Position numbers and translations under genes: made by a program. Below the pieces are notes generated by a model. It was not told where the DNA came from. It did no database searches and saw only the letters and a list, made by a program, of their open reading frames with translations. A DNA stretch of 63,954 nucleotides, the filler included, from Perkinsus olseni (taxonomy: Eukaryota): assembly GCA_013115125.1 (NCBI GenBank). It is 4 parts of 4 records of this genome, joined end to end, with 100 filler letters (N's around TTAATTAATTAA, not from the genome) between each part and the next. Parts side by side here need not be neighbours in the genome. Positions count along the whole stretch, not along the records: positions 17,024 to 33,938 come from JABANN010000663.1; positions 34,039 to 50,950 come from JABANN010000664.1; 2 more parts are not named here. The stretch is one strand, 5' to 3'. Shown piece by piece: positions 25,397-39,197 of the stretch. The stretch's first letter is position 1. The number at the start of each line of letters is the position of its first letter.

Positions 25397-26559
25397 AGTG
25401 TTAGGCAAAACAGCAGCAACACTACTAAAATAGTGAACACAGTGAGCTATGGCTAAGTATAATCATCCCGATAGAGAATCTTCAGACTGTGATAGGTGAA
25501 CCACAGTCAGCCAAGGCCGTATCTTGACGTTGTGTATGTCATGGCATAATCGACCTGATGGAGTATCTTCCGGTGGTAGAGGATATATCAAAGTCATTCC
25601 CAGGACGGCTAAAGTAACCGCGACTTGGCCACGCGGGCGAGGTTTCACAACAGCAGACGGAGGTACGCAACTTTAGGCCCAAGTCTGAGAGAACGCCAAG
25701 ACAGCTGCCGGTCGATATTGCCGAGTCCCTTGTAAGTACTTCTAGTAATCCCTCCCTGCGCTGAACGATCCCGTAGTAACATCGCAATTTCGAGGCGCAC
25801 GCTGATTGCATTCGAAAAGATTTAATTTTCGATAAATTGTCGAGGAGCCCCCCGCGCTTTCAGTTTGTAGAGGTTGCGTTGCCTCGACGACCCCAACGAT
25901 CCTAGTCCTACGGCCATCCACGGAAAATGTCAATGAACCCGTCGTCCAGTAAACCTAGGCGGCTGACGAGAGGGAGAAAGGCGATTATTCAGTCAAACGA
26001 ACACGTTGAGGTTTATGATGATAGCCGCCTAACAGGCTAGAAAACGATTTGATGCCATCTGGGGCCCAGCAAGGAGAATCCAAGGTTGAAGCGCAGCAGT
26101 CATGCCACAGGAAACATGTGAGTATTTATTGCAGATCGATGGCAGGGCGTCGTCTTCGCCTCTTGATAGAGAGCTAAGCTTGTGGCACCACGGCCCACCA
26201 CGCAGTACGCCTCTGCAACACACTGGAGTTGGTCACAGCGATGGCGCGTGGGCAGCTGACCGTGGGACAGGGCCTGACGGCGCCGGCAGGGAAGGACCGT
26301 AGCAGCCTTCCCGTAAACCTAGTCCCTAGCGTAAGAGGAGTTTGGACTCGAACTTCGGAGGAGTTTCTTGCTGTTGAGATAGGGCGATATGAAGGGGCCA
26401 TCGGAAAGGGTTCCGGGCGGACTAGGGTGCCCGAGGGTGGAAGTTGGTGATCAACGTCATTCATGTTACTTCAACAAGACTTCATCATTAATACATTCCC
26501 GCGTTATAATACTTTCGTGGATCGTTAGCACGTATCCTCATCGATTAGACTGTACGTCA

Positions 26560-27032
26560 ATGACCACCACCACCACCACCACCACCACGACGACCGCCGC
26601 CGCCGCCTCAGAGTACCGGGAAGTGCTAGCGAGAGCTCAGCGTGAGAGCAACAACGACACCACCAGCACGCCCCCAGAGGCTGTCCTTCAGGCTCGACAC
26701 ATTTCACGATGTCCACCGAGGATGAGGCCAAGCGATTCAATTCCAACTCCTGGGCATCATCATCCCAGCTAGCTCATTCTGATCCAAAAGTAACCCGGAG
26801 CATCATCTCACTAGTCAACTGGCTGAACAGCAACATCGTCGAATTTTCTTTCCTTTCGGCTCAACCGCTTCTGCGGAGGCTCAGTGTGTGCGAGTTTATA
26901 GTCCATCGCCGGTCCGGGTCGGATGTGGCACCCGTGATGGGCCCGTGGTTCCGAGTGGTCCTGTAACTGGCAGGTGTCCTACGTCCGCCGTACCCCTCCT
27001 TATAAGAATGCCTCCAAAGTCAACATCACATC

Positions 27033-27069
<37 letters not shown>

Positions 27070-27786
27070 GACTCGAGCGCATACGAAAGCGAAATGATGG
27101 GTCGATATCGGTGAGAGCTTCCCTTCGAGGTAGGGTCCTCGACTGAGCTCCTCAGAGACAACTTCGTCCTGCCGCCGGCCCGGTGTCCGCAGCCGCCCGT
27201 CCAAGTAGACCTTGGCGGGTGTTGTGACCTTACCCTAGAAGAACGCTATCAGAGCCAAGCCATGAGGGACAACTCGGCCGGCCTGCAAAGTACTCGACGC
27301 AGCGATATCGACGTGAATGCATCTTGCAGGGCGTCCTTCGGGGAAGAATCTTTTCGCTGGGTCATCGACCAGAGTATCGGGCTGTGGCGTTAGAGAGACA
27401 GTCCGGCCGCGGGTAGGAGACATCATCACAGGAGATCAGCAAACGAGTGAGCCCGAGCGGTGGATAGAGTCGCTTGGCGATCCCTGGCAGGTCAAAAATA
27501 TCGACATTTCGATCTTCGAAGAAGCGGCCCAGAGGACTTTCGGGCCCTATCATCAGATTATTCAGCAACTCCACCGTACAGTGTGCCGGGGGCCTATCGA
27601 GATCCCCTCAAGGTGAGCCTCTACCCTGGGACGATGTTGATGACCCTTCTTCAGGGGCAATACGTCCGTACAAGAGAGGCTGACCCGAAGAAGACGTCGA
27701 GCAAGATAATAGCCGCATCTAATAGAGTCGCACCACCTTTAAGGACTTTGGCTGCCCTCAGACCCATGCCGTTGTTACCCATGTGA
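26560..27786 (+). CDS. Hypothetical protein(s) with poly-Thr and poly-Gln tracts
   Basis: Short exon-like ORFs containing (ACC)n and (CAA)n runs. Gene structure not resolved. Confidence 0.25.
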
Positions 27787-28159
27787 TTCCTCATACTCTT
27801 GTGTTGTCTAGTATGATGGTGATGGCGAACTCTATTGAGAAGGACAGGACGTCTCCGAAATTGTAAAATCTAAATACCTACACTGGCCAGCCGAACCCCT
27901 TGCGTCTGCGGTCTCATTGTCTTGAGCATGTCACCCAACTCGCGTTCTTCGTGTCTCGATGCTCCTCTTTCCTTGGAAGGCCCTAAATTTACTATCCCCC
28001 GCTGCGATAACCACGAGAGCATCACAACGATGGTTTCATCGGCGCCGAGGACGCCTCATTCATTAATCCGCGGTGTCCTCGCCGCTATTCTGAACGAGTC
28101 CTCTGTGTGCACTCACTACACAACATCATCTCTCCTCAAGGAACAATACTTTCAAGTAA

Positions 28160-29752
28160 CTATTGGTGTTTCTTACTATCACTTCTGCGCGACTGGCGAG
28201 GACGCATCCAAAGCTTTACAACCAACCACAGTAGGAAACGTATCAAAGTGTACCAGTGGGCGATGTATCCCATATTGGACCAAATCGCAAAGGCTTTAGA
28301 GAGGTCACTCTTGAACATGAAGGCCACACCGTAATAGCTGAGCAAAAAGGTGACTTGGATGTATCCGAAGGGAGGGGGTAGTCTAGGGAAATCGTTGAGG
28401 AAGGTGCTCTCGACAAACATAGACATGAAGAAGATGTAAAGGCCGGACTCCAAGCCATGCCAGTATGCGCTACAACACATCACCACTGCCGCTCTCACAG
28501 GCTTCACGGGAGTCACCGAGCGTAGCGGACGATACACGTAGACAGCGAAGAAGGTTTGAACCTGATGGGACGTCTTCGAAGGCGAGCTCGCAGTACGGCA
28601 GCTGCCGCCTTACCGATTTGTTCCATTCCCTTATGTACTGTGATACGGTGTTAGCTCTCTCAGGTCCCCAGTAATCTGTGTTCCGAGCCTTGATGCCCAT
28701 GGCCGCCAGACCAGCCTCTGAGACGTACCAGCCAGCGAAGCATCGAGCACCGAAGGAGTAGTAGGTCGCCAGTGTGATGTACCTGATGGAGTGCACATAA
28801 GTCACTGGCAGCCGCTGTCCCCGGCTACTTACACGCAGCGCAGCAGTATGGGGTAGAAAGTAAACTCCTCGGTGAGCATGAAGTCCATCGGGAAAAACTT
28901 GAGGGTGGTGATGAAAATAGCCACCCACACCACTGCCCGGTAGAGGCGATTTTCGATCTGATCATAGCAAGTCGAACGAGCAAGGATGTGAGAGAGCACC
29001 TCAGTGACGTCGAGCCCGTGTCCATCATCCTCCAACGCCTGTGTCCAGTCTTTAACGTTATAGACCGGGCCAGTAAGCAGGCCAGGAAAGAAGACCATGT
29101 AGGAGATGTAGTCATAAAATCCTCTGACCGAAACTGCCACCGGGACGAGATAATTTAAAGAGGGCCAAGCCGCTGCCGGTCTACCTTCAAAAGTCCGCAT
29201 CTCATCACGAGCAAACATGGAGTTCCTTAGAGACATGATGAGGAGGCAGGCATTGGAGACGCCATCAACCGTATCTAGACGAAAAACCGGGCTACGGCGA
29301 TGACTTGTTTCATGAAAGTTTCATGAAAGCCTTCGACCACTTCTAACCGAATGAGAGAGGATGGATGAAGTCGTACAGATACGGAACGACGATGGAAGAG
29401 CCTATGATCGCTGCACCGCATCGACTTACGCCACTCCCTAGCTGGGAATAAGAAGGCGAACGAGTAGACGAGGAGCCCCACTGCCATCCAGTCCTTGGGG
29501 ATTATCGCCAATACAATCTGACAGGCAGTTGTCGTAGCCAGTGATCTGCAGAGGTGAACTCACCATTGAAGTGATGAGGAAGATGAACAGGGTTATGTTG
29601 TGTACGAGGAATGCAAGGGTTATAATACCCAAGACGCAACCAAACGCCTGCCGTTCCGACCGGCCCGGCATGCGCCGCATCAAACACGCAAAGAGCAAGG
29701 AGAGCGATAGGAAGCCACCGTAGACGACTTCTACCGGCAGTGCAGCAAGCAT
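28160..29752 (-). CDS. MBOAT-family lysophospholipid acyltransferase (LPCAT/Ale1-like), copy 1
   Basis: YISYMVFFPGLLTGP, RCFAGWYVSEAG, REWNKSV, SAYWHGLESGLY (catalytic His); multiple TM helices. Confidence 0.88.
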
Positions 29753-29926
29753 ATGTGAAAAAAACCTACGGAACCAATGTGGCCAAAACGGGCACCTCCC
29801 TGTGAGCAACCATAGTCCTATTGGAGGTCGCTTGAAACGCAATTCACGAACATCAAGTAGAAACATGAGTACGCGAGAGATACCGACATGGCAACCAAGA
29901 ACGCCAAAGACCACGTTTGGCGCTCA

Positions 29927-32900
29927 CTACGGACACCTTTTAATATGCTTCGCATCACTAGAAGAGGGGCTCATGGCCATGCACAGAACGGCCCTGACGG
30001 CAGTGTACCAATGACCAGCGTGGCCCATGGACGCCCAAACCTTATACGCGTTAGAGATGTCGTTCTTGAAAAGGAATGGCAGAACGTAGTAGCTTCCAAC
30101 GAGACTAACGTGGATGTTAGCGAGAGGAAGGGGGAGGGAGGAAGGGACGGTATCAACGGAGGCTGTCTCGAAAAATATAGACAGAAAGAAGACGTAGAGG
30201 CCAGGCTGTAGGCCGTGCCAATAGGCACTCAGGCACATCACCAAGGCAGCTCGAAGCCGTCGACTGGGAATGGTCGACCGCAGAGGACGATAGACGTAGA
30301 CGGCAAAGAATGATTGTACCTGAGACTCTCAGACTGAGAGGCAATAAACCGTGTAGGTGTGGACAACAACGACCCGCTCGCCCGGAAATCCGGCATCACT
30401 CACCGACATATTCCAACATCTTACATACTCCCCAACCGTCCTAGCTCTCTCAGGCGCTCCGAAGTCCGTATTGCGAGCTTTGATTCCGACAGCGGCTAGG
30501 CCGGCCTCAGCTATGTACCATGCCGCGAAGCAACGGGCCCGGAAATGGTACACAGAAAGAATCAGGTATCTAAAAATAGGGGGAGCAGGGAACTCTAGGA
30601 TGAACGATTGTCGGCAACACGAGCAACGATTGAATTGTTCAGTGACAGCGTCGCCAGGCGGTCAGCAGCTGAGGCTCCAATTTATCAGACATCGATTGAT
30701 AATCAGAGACTGATCATCGGTCGATTCGAGAGTGAGCCTGTAGGTTGACATAGTACACCCACGACAAACTCCACGTGAATCACGTGGAGTTTGCGGCGGG
30801 TCTAGATAGCGTGACGTGATACATGGCATCACATGCAGGGTAAATCATGCACACAGCGAACCACTAAACGCCGTGTAGTACACGGGAATGGCACTTTCAC
30901 TCATTGCAAGTAAGACGAGAGTCTACATCGCTGAAACTCTCGATTGGGAGGGAAATCTGTCCAGAGCTATGCATCACGTGTCACAATTCTAACCGTGCTG
31001 GTTCACCGGAGAGACACTGAGAAGTACTCAGTACAGGAACACCACAGTTCATCTGGCTTGCCTTGGGGATATGCGCCTCGATGGTGCGAACTGGCTGAGG
31101 CATGAAGACTCAGGCAAGTGCCTTGTGTCCTTATGTGCCGTTACCATGCCAAACTGCGTCATGACTGCGCTAGCCCTACTAGGGCTGCCCTAGTGTTCAT
31201 GTAGACCATGTAGCTCACAGCTTGGGTGGGCTCTTTGGACTCGGCGAGCTCGAAGAACCCGATATTCACGGCCACAATCACGAACGGCGTTGAACCAGTG
31301 GGCTTAACATTGTTTACCTCAATCTCGGCACCTTCAGATAGCGAAAGCATGAAGTACCAGAGGTGTGAGCCCATACTATCAGTTCATGAGGAAACGAACT
31401 CGTTCCGGAGAGTAGGCGGAGGCTACTCTGAACTAGCCCATCCAGTCCAATCAGAGAACCGATAAAGATAAAGATCGGTTAGATGACGTTTGACAATAGT
31501 TGAAGGGCTGATGATCTTTGCTGAACATTTGAGAAGTGCCGGCACCTGTGCCGATGAGCAAAAGTGCATGGCACGAGTTATAATATGCTTGGAGGAACTT
31601 TCTTTCTACAACTTAGATCCACGCTACCGCAGCATAAGCGATGGACCTGATCCGTTGCGGATATGGACGACGCATTGGATCATCATCGCGGATAGTATCG
31701 CCTACTGCAACTGAGGCTCAGTCGCGTAGCTGTGACAGCTCAGAAGGAAGGACATACTGCAGCCGATGCATCACTGATACAGGCAACAGGGCTAGCCCCA
31801 TAACCAGATCTTGTGTACTGCACAATTTGCAGTTCGATGAACTGAGTTTACAAGTCACACATCGCGGAACAGCATTGCCACCGCCCCGATGGCACCGCGC
31901 GATACGCGAAATGTGTTCTCACGCCACGTACCCGAATTGTACCGGTAACCAGTGCCCAGCAAAGTCATCGGTGAGCATGTAATCGAGTGGGAAGCAGGTT
32001 ATACTGATGATGAAGGCGACGGCCCAGTATGTCGCAAAGACACCTCGACGAAACATCTGAGCAAGATCGAGTCAAATATCGACCACGGTGCAGGCCCCGG
32101 TTGATCGGAACTGACGATAGCCAAAAAAGACATTTGGCCCGATGAAGCCTTCCTCACGAAGGTTGAAATTGAACACCGCTGGGAACATACATCAGCGAGA
32201 CGATACACGCTAGGGATTATCACCAGTATCGTAGGCCTCACCTCACTGATGTTAACGTCTCGGTCACAGCTTCCGATCGCCTCTCGGTAGTCCTTCACGG
32301 TGTAGACCGGACCAGTGATGATGGCCGGACATGACAGCACATAGGAGAGATAATCGTAGATGCTCCTCAGAGAACCTTAACCACAGCTAACTCGGCTGGC
32401 AGAGTGCACGTATGAGATGAGATAAGACGGCATCGGCCTACTCTCGGCGTCGTGTCCAGCATCAGCAGCGTAAATACAATTACGCAGAGCGAGTATTAGA
32501 AGGCACGCATTAGAAAGGCCATCAATTCCACCTAAAAACTAGACAATTATCTGGGGAGAGGCGTACCCTGGGATGACCGAGCCGAAGTGTAGATCGATGT
32601 CCCATCGTACCGTAGAGTCTGGCTGGCACAAGGAAAGCAAAGGAGTAGACGAAGAAACTGATGCGTACACTGCCGGGAGGTAAGACAAACAGCAGAATCT
32701 GCAAACGAATGCTTCCTTACGCAAGGCGTAAACCGTACTGTTAATCCAGCGAGGACCGAGTAGTGTCGACCAAGCCCTGTGAAGGGTGGCTCCACTGATG
32801 AGGATGTTTACCAACGAGCGACGTTCAAGCATTGTTTCCTAGAAAGCCTCCCATCTACTAGATTTCAGTGGGCAGAAAAGACAATTTTCACTCCATCTCC

Positions 32901-33117
32901 GCCAAGCCTCCCCTACGCAGGATGCCCCTATAAATATTATCAGTGTTGCTGCGCCATCGAGCAATATGATGGTGCCGGTACCAACGAGAAGACCAACAGC
33001 CCTCCGGAGCTCAGGGCTTGGCAGCCTCCTTATAAGGACTGAGCTGACGACGGATGAGAGCAGAAAGGCGGCATAAACCAACTCGATCGGAAGCATGACT
33101 TCAACAGCCCCTGACAT
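29927..33117 (-). CDS. MBOAT-family lysophospholipid acyltransferase, copy 2
   Basis: YLSYVLSCPAIITGP, RCFAAWYIAEAG, RCWNMSV, SAYWHGLQPGLY. Paralogous to copy 1. Contains a 1362-nt intron at 30570-31931. Confidence 0.85.
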
Positions 33118-33938
33118 AGGATTATCCCGATCTGTGTAAAGCATGTGCGGAGACCCCTTATTCGACTGTACTGCGCGAGTCCCTCAGATAGTGAATGATC
33201 GCTTGAACATCACATCCACCATGCAGTGCGGCAAAAGACGAGACCATTCCCGTAAGCAGCAGTACCCCTCTGAATGAGGTACTCGAGCGAGGTCGATCTG
33301 CGTGCAAATGCCACCTCGGAGTAGCTCGACCTTCAGAGAGTTGCACTGCCTCTTTTAAACGCGTCATATGGTCCGCTACAATTACCCAGCAACTAAGCCA
33401 AGCCCGACTCCCTCACGCCGAACTGGAGCTCGAAGGCTGTGTCTTATGCGTGAGAGATGTGGTAGGTTGCCCAAGCTATTACATTAAACTGAAGTCCACA
33501 CAAGGCTGAATGTAACGGTGATTATGTCGGCCCGTAGGCCCTAGGCCCGAGACCTCATTGTATACTACTCTCGGTAACCCCCAACGCCTTCACTAATCAT
33601 ATGCAGAACGATGCAGGAATCATCGTATAACACGGGGTAACTGCCCAACTGTGTCAGTAATGGTGGATGACCGCCTCGGCACGTACCAACCTCAGGTAAG
33701 TCACTGTTTAGTATCCTTGCGTACGATTTGAAAGCCGTCCATGCTGCAGCGTACGGAGAGGAAGAGGGATGCGAGAAGGCGACTGTCAACGTCCGAATGT
33801 CAATGCAACATCATGTCAATGACTAATCTGTTCCCGCTGATGATCGGAATATGCTTGCCGAAGGCTGCGCGGTCACCGCGGTTAACGTGAGCCAAGGAAC
33901 GACGAGTGCGCAAGATTAGTATCTTCGCCCGACGTATC

Positions 33939-34038
33939 NNNNNNNNNNNNNNNNNNNNNNNNNNNNNNNNNNNNNNNNNNNNTTAATTAATTAANNNNNN
34001 NNNNNNNNNNNNNNNNNNNNNNNNNNNNNNNNNNNNNN
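33939..34038. other. Artificial contig spacer
   Basis: N44-TTAATTAATTAA-N44. Confidence 0.97.
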
Positions 34039-34108
<70 letters not shown>

Positions 34109-35311
34109 CGCCCACAACTACGTCCACAACAAGCACTACGTCTGCGACAACTGCGTCCACCACAACAACTATACCTACCACCACTACTACACCTACCACC
34201 ACTACAGCGTCTACAGCAACAACCACCATTACCCCCGTAATAACAACAACTGGAACCACAACGACTGTTTCTACGACAACGATTACGTCCACAACAACTG
34301 CCTCGAGGTCAACCGAGCAGCGGCGCTTCGCCACGTACACGTGGTCTCAGGACTACTGGCGTAAGTCACATTCATCTCGTGAAGTTTGGTGCTTCTGATA
34401 TGGGAAAGTTGTGGAATTCTGGTGATGTCTACATGAACGTCGCTGATGTTACCAATTATGACCGCATTCACAATCAAGAGCGCTTGGTCCCTTGGATGAA
34501 GCAGTGGCGTGAAGAAACGGGGAATGACCAGCGCATCTTCCTGACGTATGGTGATATCAAACAGCATAGCGGGAAGAGAATGCTTGCTTTTGTGGACACT
34601 TTCCGGAAGTTCCTCGAGGAGTCTGTTACAGCGGAAGACATGGCCGTCATCGCTCCAATCGGTTTGAGCTTCGATACAGAGCACATGCAGCCGGAAGATA
34701 TCAAGAAGACTTTACTCAAGGCCCAACAAATGAAGGAGGATGTTAGCAAGAAGATGGGATACCCTACCGGGTCACTGCTCATTGACTTCGCCATCGAGGG
34801 TCAGAAGAATACTCTTGGTACTCAGTATATTATGGAGTATGCTGATCATGCTACGATGATGCTTTATCGTAACGCTATTGATGGCGACTATGCCGATGAT
34901 CTGGTATATCGTATGAACTATATGATGACCGAACAATGTGCGGTTTGTACTCAACCAGGATGGGAGAACTTGAAGGCCAAGATCGCCATCATGCTCGAGG
35001 GCTCCTGCACAGTTGGCAAGTACTGCCATAAACTCTCTACGTGTGCTTTCGACACCGCAGCTTATCCTGATTCTGAGGGAGGTATTGAATATGTTTGGAA
35101 CACTCTGAACACCCTCCGTGAGCGAACCGTTACTGACGGTATTTTGACCCGAGAACAGTTCGATCACTTGTATGATATCAATGGGACGCTTTATGCTGTC
35201 AACGACTGGGAGTGGACTCGCTGTGCATATGGCGACGACTTCTCCAGAGAGAAGGGTTTCTCTAACTGCAACAGTTACCATCTAATGGCCGCACAATGCC
35301 GAGCCCAGTGA
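34039..35311 (+). CDS. Thr-rich mucin-like stalk plus Cys-containing globular domain (probable surface/secreted protein); 5'-truncated, frameshift near 34378
   Basis: (ACA)n poly-Thr reads into RRFATYTWSQDYWR. The 310-aa domain (GDVYMNVAD, GLSFDTEH, DHATMMLYRN) is in the +1 frame. AATAAA follows the stop. Confidence 0.7.
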
Positions 35312-35624
35312 TGTTCACTTCCTAGGATGATACAGTCAGTGAAGGCTGAATGTTTTTGGCTTGTTAAATAAAAGTTTCTTTCCGAATTGATACGTCTCGA
35401 GTCACAGTTGAGAGACCTCTAGTATGATTATACACTTGTTGACAAGCGAGGGTAGATCAACACCGCTCTCGGGTAAACTCGGAATCCACGCGTGGGCGGT
35501 GACTATGATTACTATGTAGTCCGTTTCTGAACACGAGCTGCCATCCCTAAGAAACATTCAACTCTCTCCGGCATGCTCAATCTGTCCCAATCTAATTCGC
35601 AGTAGAAGATCCATCCCGGTATCA

Positions 35625-38600
35625 TCAGCCTCGCATGAGGCACTTCTTAGATGCAGTCGCAGGAGGACCTGCCAGTACCTGGGACTCGAATCGCCAACTG
35701 TCTTCGAGTCGGAAAGGGGACGGGACTCGAAGAGCAACCCGAGGCTCTTTGAACTTTATAACGATTACTTTCTGTTCGGAGGACGGGGCTTCAACATCAC
35801 TCGACTGAGCCCCTCCCGAAGGGGCGACTTGACGCTCTCGTCGACGCACTTAGTCGGCTGGCTGGTCTTCCTTACTGTCTGAGGCACCAAATGCTTCAAC
35901 CCTCTTCAATCCAGAGCGCAAAGCGGTGCGCCCAAATTCACCAATTTCACAGCGGCCCGATGCCGCTGAGACTGCACGAGCTCCGGTGGTGATTCCTGGG
36001 CCGTCACCTATGCAAAACAACCCGCGGATTCTCGCTTTGCCGGCTTCCCCTCTCCCTACTATCTCAGACTCGGAGAGGTCCATGTCTGAGCCTCCAACAA
36101 GAATCGTGAATGGCTCAGTCAAAAACCGAAGATTTGGTATCGTATCGGCGTGCCTGCACACGTTGTGGTGATCTCAGCGAGTGCACGCTCACGGTCAGGT
36201 CCACCGGGCACGTCAACGCGTGATGTATCTCACAACACCCGCGAGGTTCCATAGAGTATCCCGTGCGCTTCAACAATACAGAGGGGACATGTTCAAGACC
36301 ATGATAGTACCTCTTCTCATATTGAGATATCTCACCCGGCCAGTTCGAGTGGCATGGAGGGACGAGCTGTCCCACGTTGAAGTCATCATTCAACCTCGTG
36401 TCGAATCTTACCTGAAGGGTAATAATTCGGACATCTGACAGTGCTCGACGGGGAAGAGACGAAGTCCCCACTTCAAGCTTCATTCGCGGCTAGACGAAGA
36501 TATCCGAAGCGTCTTCGGATATCTCCCCGAGGCGGTATTGTCGCCACAAATGTGATACGCAATCGCTCGAGCACTACGCACTTCAATAGGTTCCGATCTT
36601 GGATTCCTCAGGGTGATGTAGAACTCGAGGTAGTCCTCCTCAACCCGCATGGTTGGCCGTGTGCCACCTGTGCCGTCCCTCAACGCACACAGAGGAACGA
36701 AGTCGCTAGCGTAAGCCCGCATGGAGTACCTGCAGGAGATACCTCGAAGATGCCGGCCGAATTCGTCAGGGGCGTACGGCTGGCTATGGTCTGGAAGTAT
36801 CTGCGACTTCAACAGCAACTTCTTGCACTTCGCCGCATGTCGGTAGCTACGCCGCGCCGCTAGGGGGCTCCGAACGGGCGGCGACGATGTCTGTCTGAGG
36901 AAGCGAGACACGCGGGATACGACGACTATGACAACCGCGCAGGGCGGACAAAGAATGTGAGAAAACCAACAGCCCAAAGCGGCCGAGTTACTACTTTGAG
37001 CCGCTCTTCTCGCGGCGTCGCAGTTCATCAATGGTTGAACCAACGGGAAAAAGTACCTCGAAGGAACGGACTCGCTATTGGCAGCAACGAAAGAGCCGAA
37101 GTGGCCAAGCAGCATATTGGGAAGCGCCAAGACTTGATATGTCTCCGAGTTGATATTGATACTTCGATGATCAGCGCTGATGGATCAAAGTAGTGAACGC
37201 AATTCGACGTTCAGCATCGGCCATAACTAGGAAGAGAAGGCGGGGGGGGGGACATGCCGAGCGCGCCTCGATAGCTATTGGCTCGAGTTGCACGGAACGA
37301 ACAACCTTCACTGATATCCCTTGGTAGGGCAAGTCTAGTAGGGCCGCAGAAGTCCAATATGCACGGCTGATTTCTACAACGTTGACTTCAATACACCACC
37401 TACTCTAACACGGTCATCCTCGCTTCTGCTTAGTGGGAGGCCGTCTCTGACGTAGTCGCCATCTGCCGACGATGAGGAAGCCAGCTTGGCATCCAGATCA
37501 GTTAGGGACCACGGGGTAGAGGGGTCCTTCAGATGCCTCACGCTCCTGCAAGAGCATTGCAAACCAACGGACCGACTGCAACCACGCTGAGTCTTACCTC
37601 CAACCAGAATGCTTCGAGGCTGACCGAGTGCTCGGCGAGGGGTGCTCAGAAGACTTCAAGCACCGTTCGCGATACACTGGTAAGACACCACGCCTGATGA
37701 AAGATTCGTGATCAGAGACATCGCAGCAGAGCCTACATCCACTCAGCATCAACTGCGGCGTCCTCCAGACTCCGCGCCTTAGTCAAAAGAGCATCGGGGG
37801 ACGCCGCAATCGGGAGGCCCGCCGAGCCCGAATGGTAATCACACTCGCCCGACCCACATACCAGCTCGTACGCATCTCCTGAGGAGCTGCAACAAGAGAT
37901 GTAGTAAAGGCAAAAGCCTCGGATCCCACTAGCCATGTTGCGGATGGACAACCCCAAAGAGTGATGATCCTTCGCTCACCTTCGATCTTCTGTGTCCGTG
38001 GCAGTCACCTGAGATGATGAGCGGTGCGAGGAGTTGCTACGACTCGAGCCCGGCCGCTATACCGTGCACGACCCACGAGGCAAAGAGGACCATAGACAGC
38101 TACATCACCACATCACGACGACAATCGAGGATCTTAGAACGGCACCCGAGGAACCTACCTCGAGTATTCGACGACATGTCGGACACTCGAAGCACTTCGG
38201 GCACCTGCAAGATCAAACTAACAAGGGCTCTTCAGCAGTGCCCGAGATAAGTGTAAGTGGTTACGCAAATAACTTGCCACTGAAGTTCCAAGACAATCAC
38301 TACGCTCATCAGTCTCACCTTCCTTTATGGGCGGCCACGGCTGACTGAGGCAGCACTTCAAGACAGTTCGTACAATAGTAGCTCACGACTTCCTCATCGA
38401 TTTCAAAAGGTGAAGCTAACCGGTTACACCTGAGGAAGTTTAATCCAAAATCACATCAACCGAAACTTTGCCACTACCAATTCCGCCTTACCCACTGCAC
38501 ATGAATAACTCATAAACGCTACAGTCCGTTCTCCAGCTCTCAACCGAACTGGACTTCTCAACAGCAGATCCTTTTCGCCGGAAGTCTGACAAATACGGAA

Positions 38601-38768
38601 GACCCAAGGATTGCTTGAACAACCGGCAAGGTAATTTCTTTCAGCATCACCTTCATCGGCCCAGCCAGTAATGTAGGTGATACCGCAAGCGTCATTCTCG
38701 CCCAGAATATCCTTCAGAAAACACCTTGCAGGCAGGTAATCGACGGATGCCGAGACTACTGCGTGCAT
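35625..38768 (-). CDS. DCTN4: Dynactin subunit 4 (p62), spliced
   Basis: ELFMCSG|CNRL, EEVVSYYCTNCLE, RCPKCFECPTCRRIL, YELVCGSGECDYHS, PVRSPLAARRSYRH..CKKLLLK, ITLRNP; matches the p62 Cys pattern. Confidence 0.8.
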
Positions 38769-39077
38769 TCAACTCAAAAGCGAACGACTCTAAAAACACG
38801 ACTACCGGTACTCGTACGTCCCAATTCTTTTGATGTACCCCTCCCCTACAAACCTCTGCTCGCATTCCACTATTTGAACACTACACAAAGGCGGCCAACC
38901 ACTCCCGGAACCGCAAGGCGGTAATTATCTAAACACTCGTTTCTGCCACCCAGCACTCAATAGGCCCGAGAATAGATAAGTAATGGCATTGACAACACTC
39001 AACCAAACACCAAGAAATCTGATGGTGTTCAACAAAGCCTGCAACAAAATTCTACCACCCGGATGCCAGTACGATCA

Positions 39078-39157
39078 GCATTGCAAAGAAGCTTTCAGTA
39101 CGTATGATGCGCGAGGAGCGCTTTGAACACACGACGTCATTCGTTCTCATGCAACAC
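39078..39157 (-). promoter_or_regulatory. SECIS element (type II) in the 3' UTR of the selenoprotein gene
   Basis: Minus strand: helix I GUGUUGCA/UGCAAUGC and GAGAA/UUCUU; core AUGA...UGAA; helix II GUCGUGUG/CAUACGUAC with one bulge; unpaired AAA; GCGC/GCGC apical mini-stem. Begins about 40 nt after the stop. Confidence 0.88.
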
Positions 39158-39197
39158 TTTCATACTAGAACAAACTCGAGTGGGTCTGAGATGGGGA

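Noticed and set aside
31183-31293. VDHVAHSLGGL, resembling an alpha/beta-hydrolase nucleophile elbow inside the MBOAT intron
   Set aside because: Only 36 codons between stops and no other hydrolase motif; probably chance.
33987-34340. Poly-Val ORFs here and at 50750-50998
   Set aside because: Antisense shadows of poly-Thr coding repeats.
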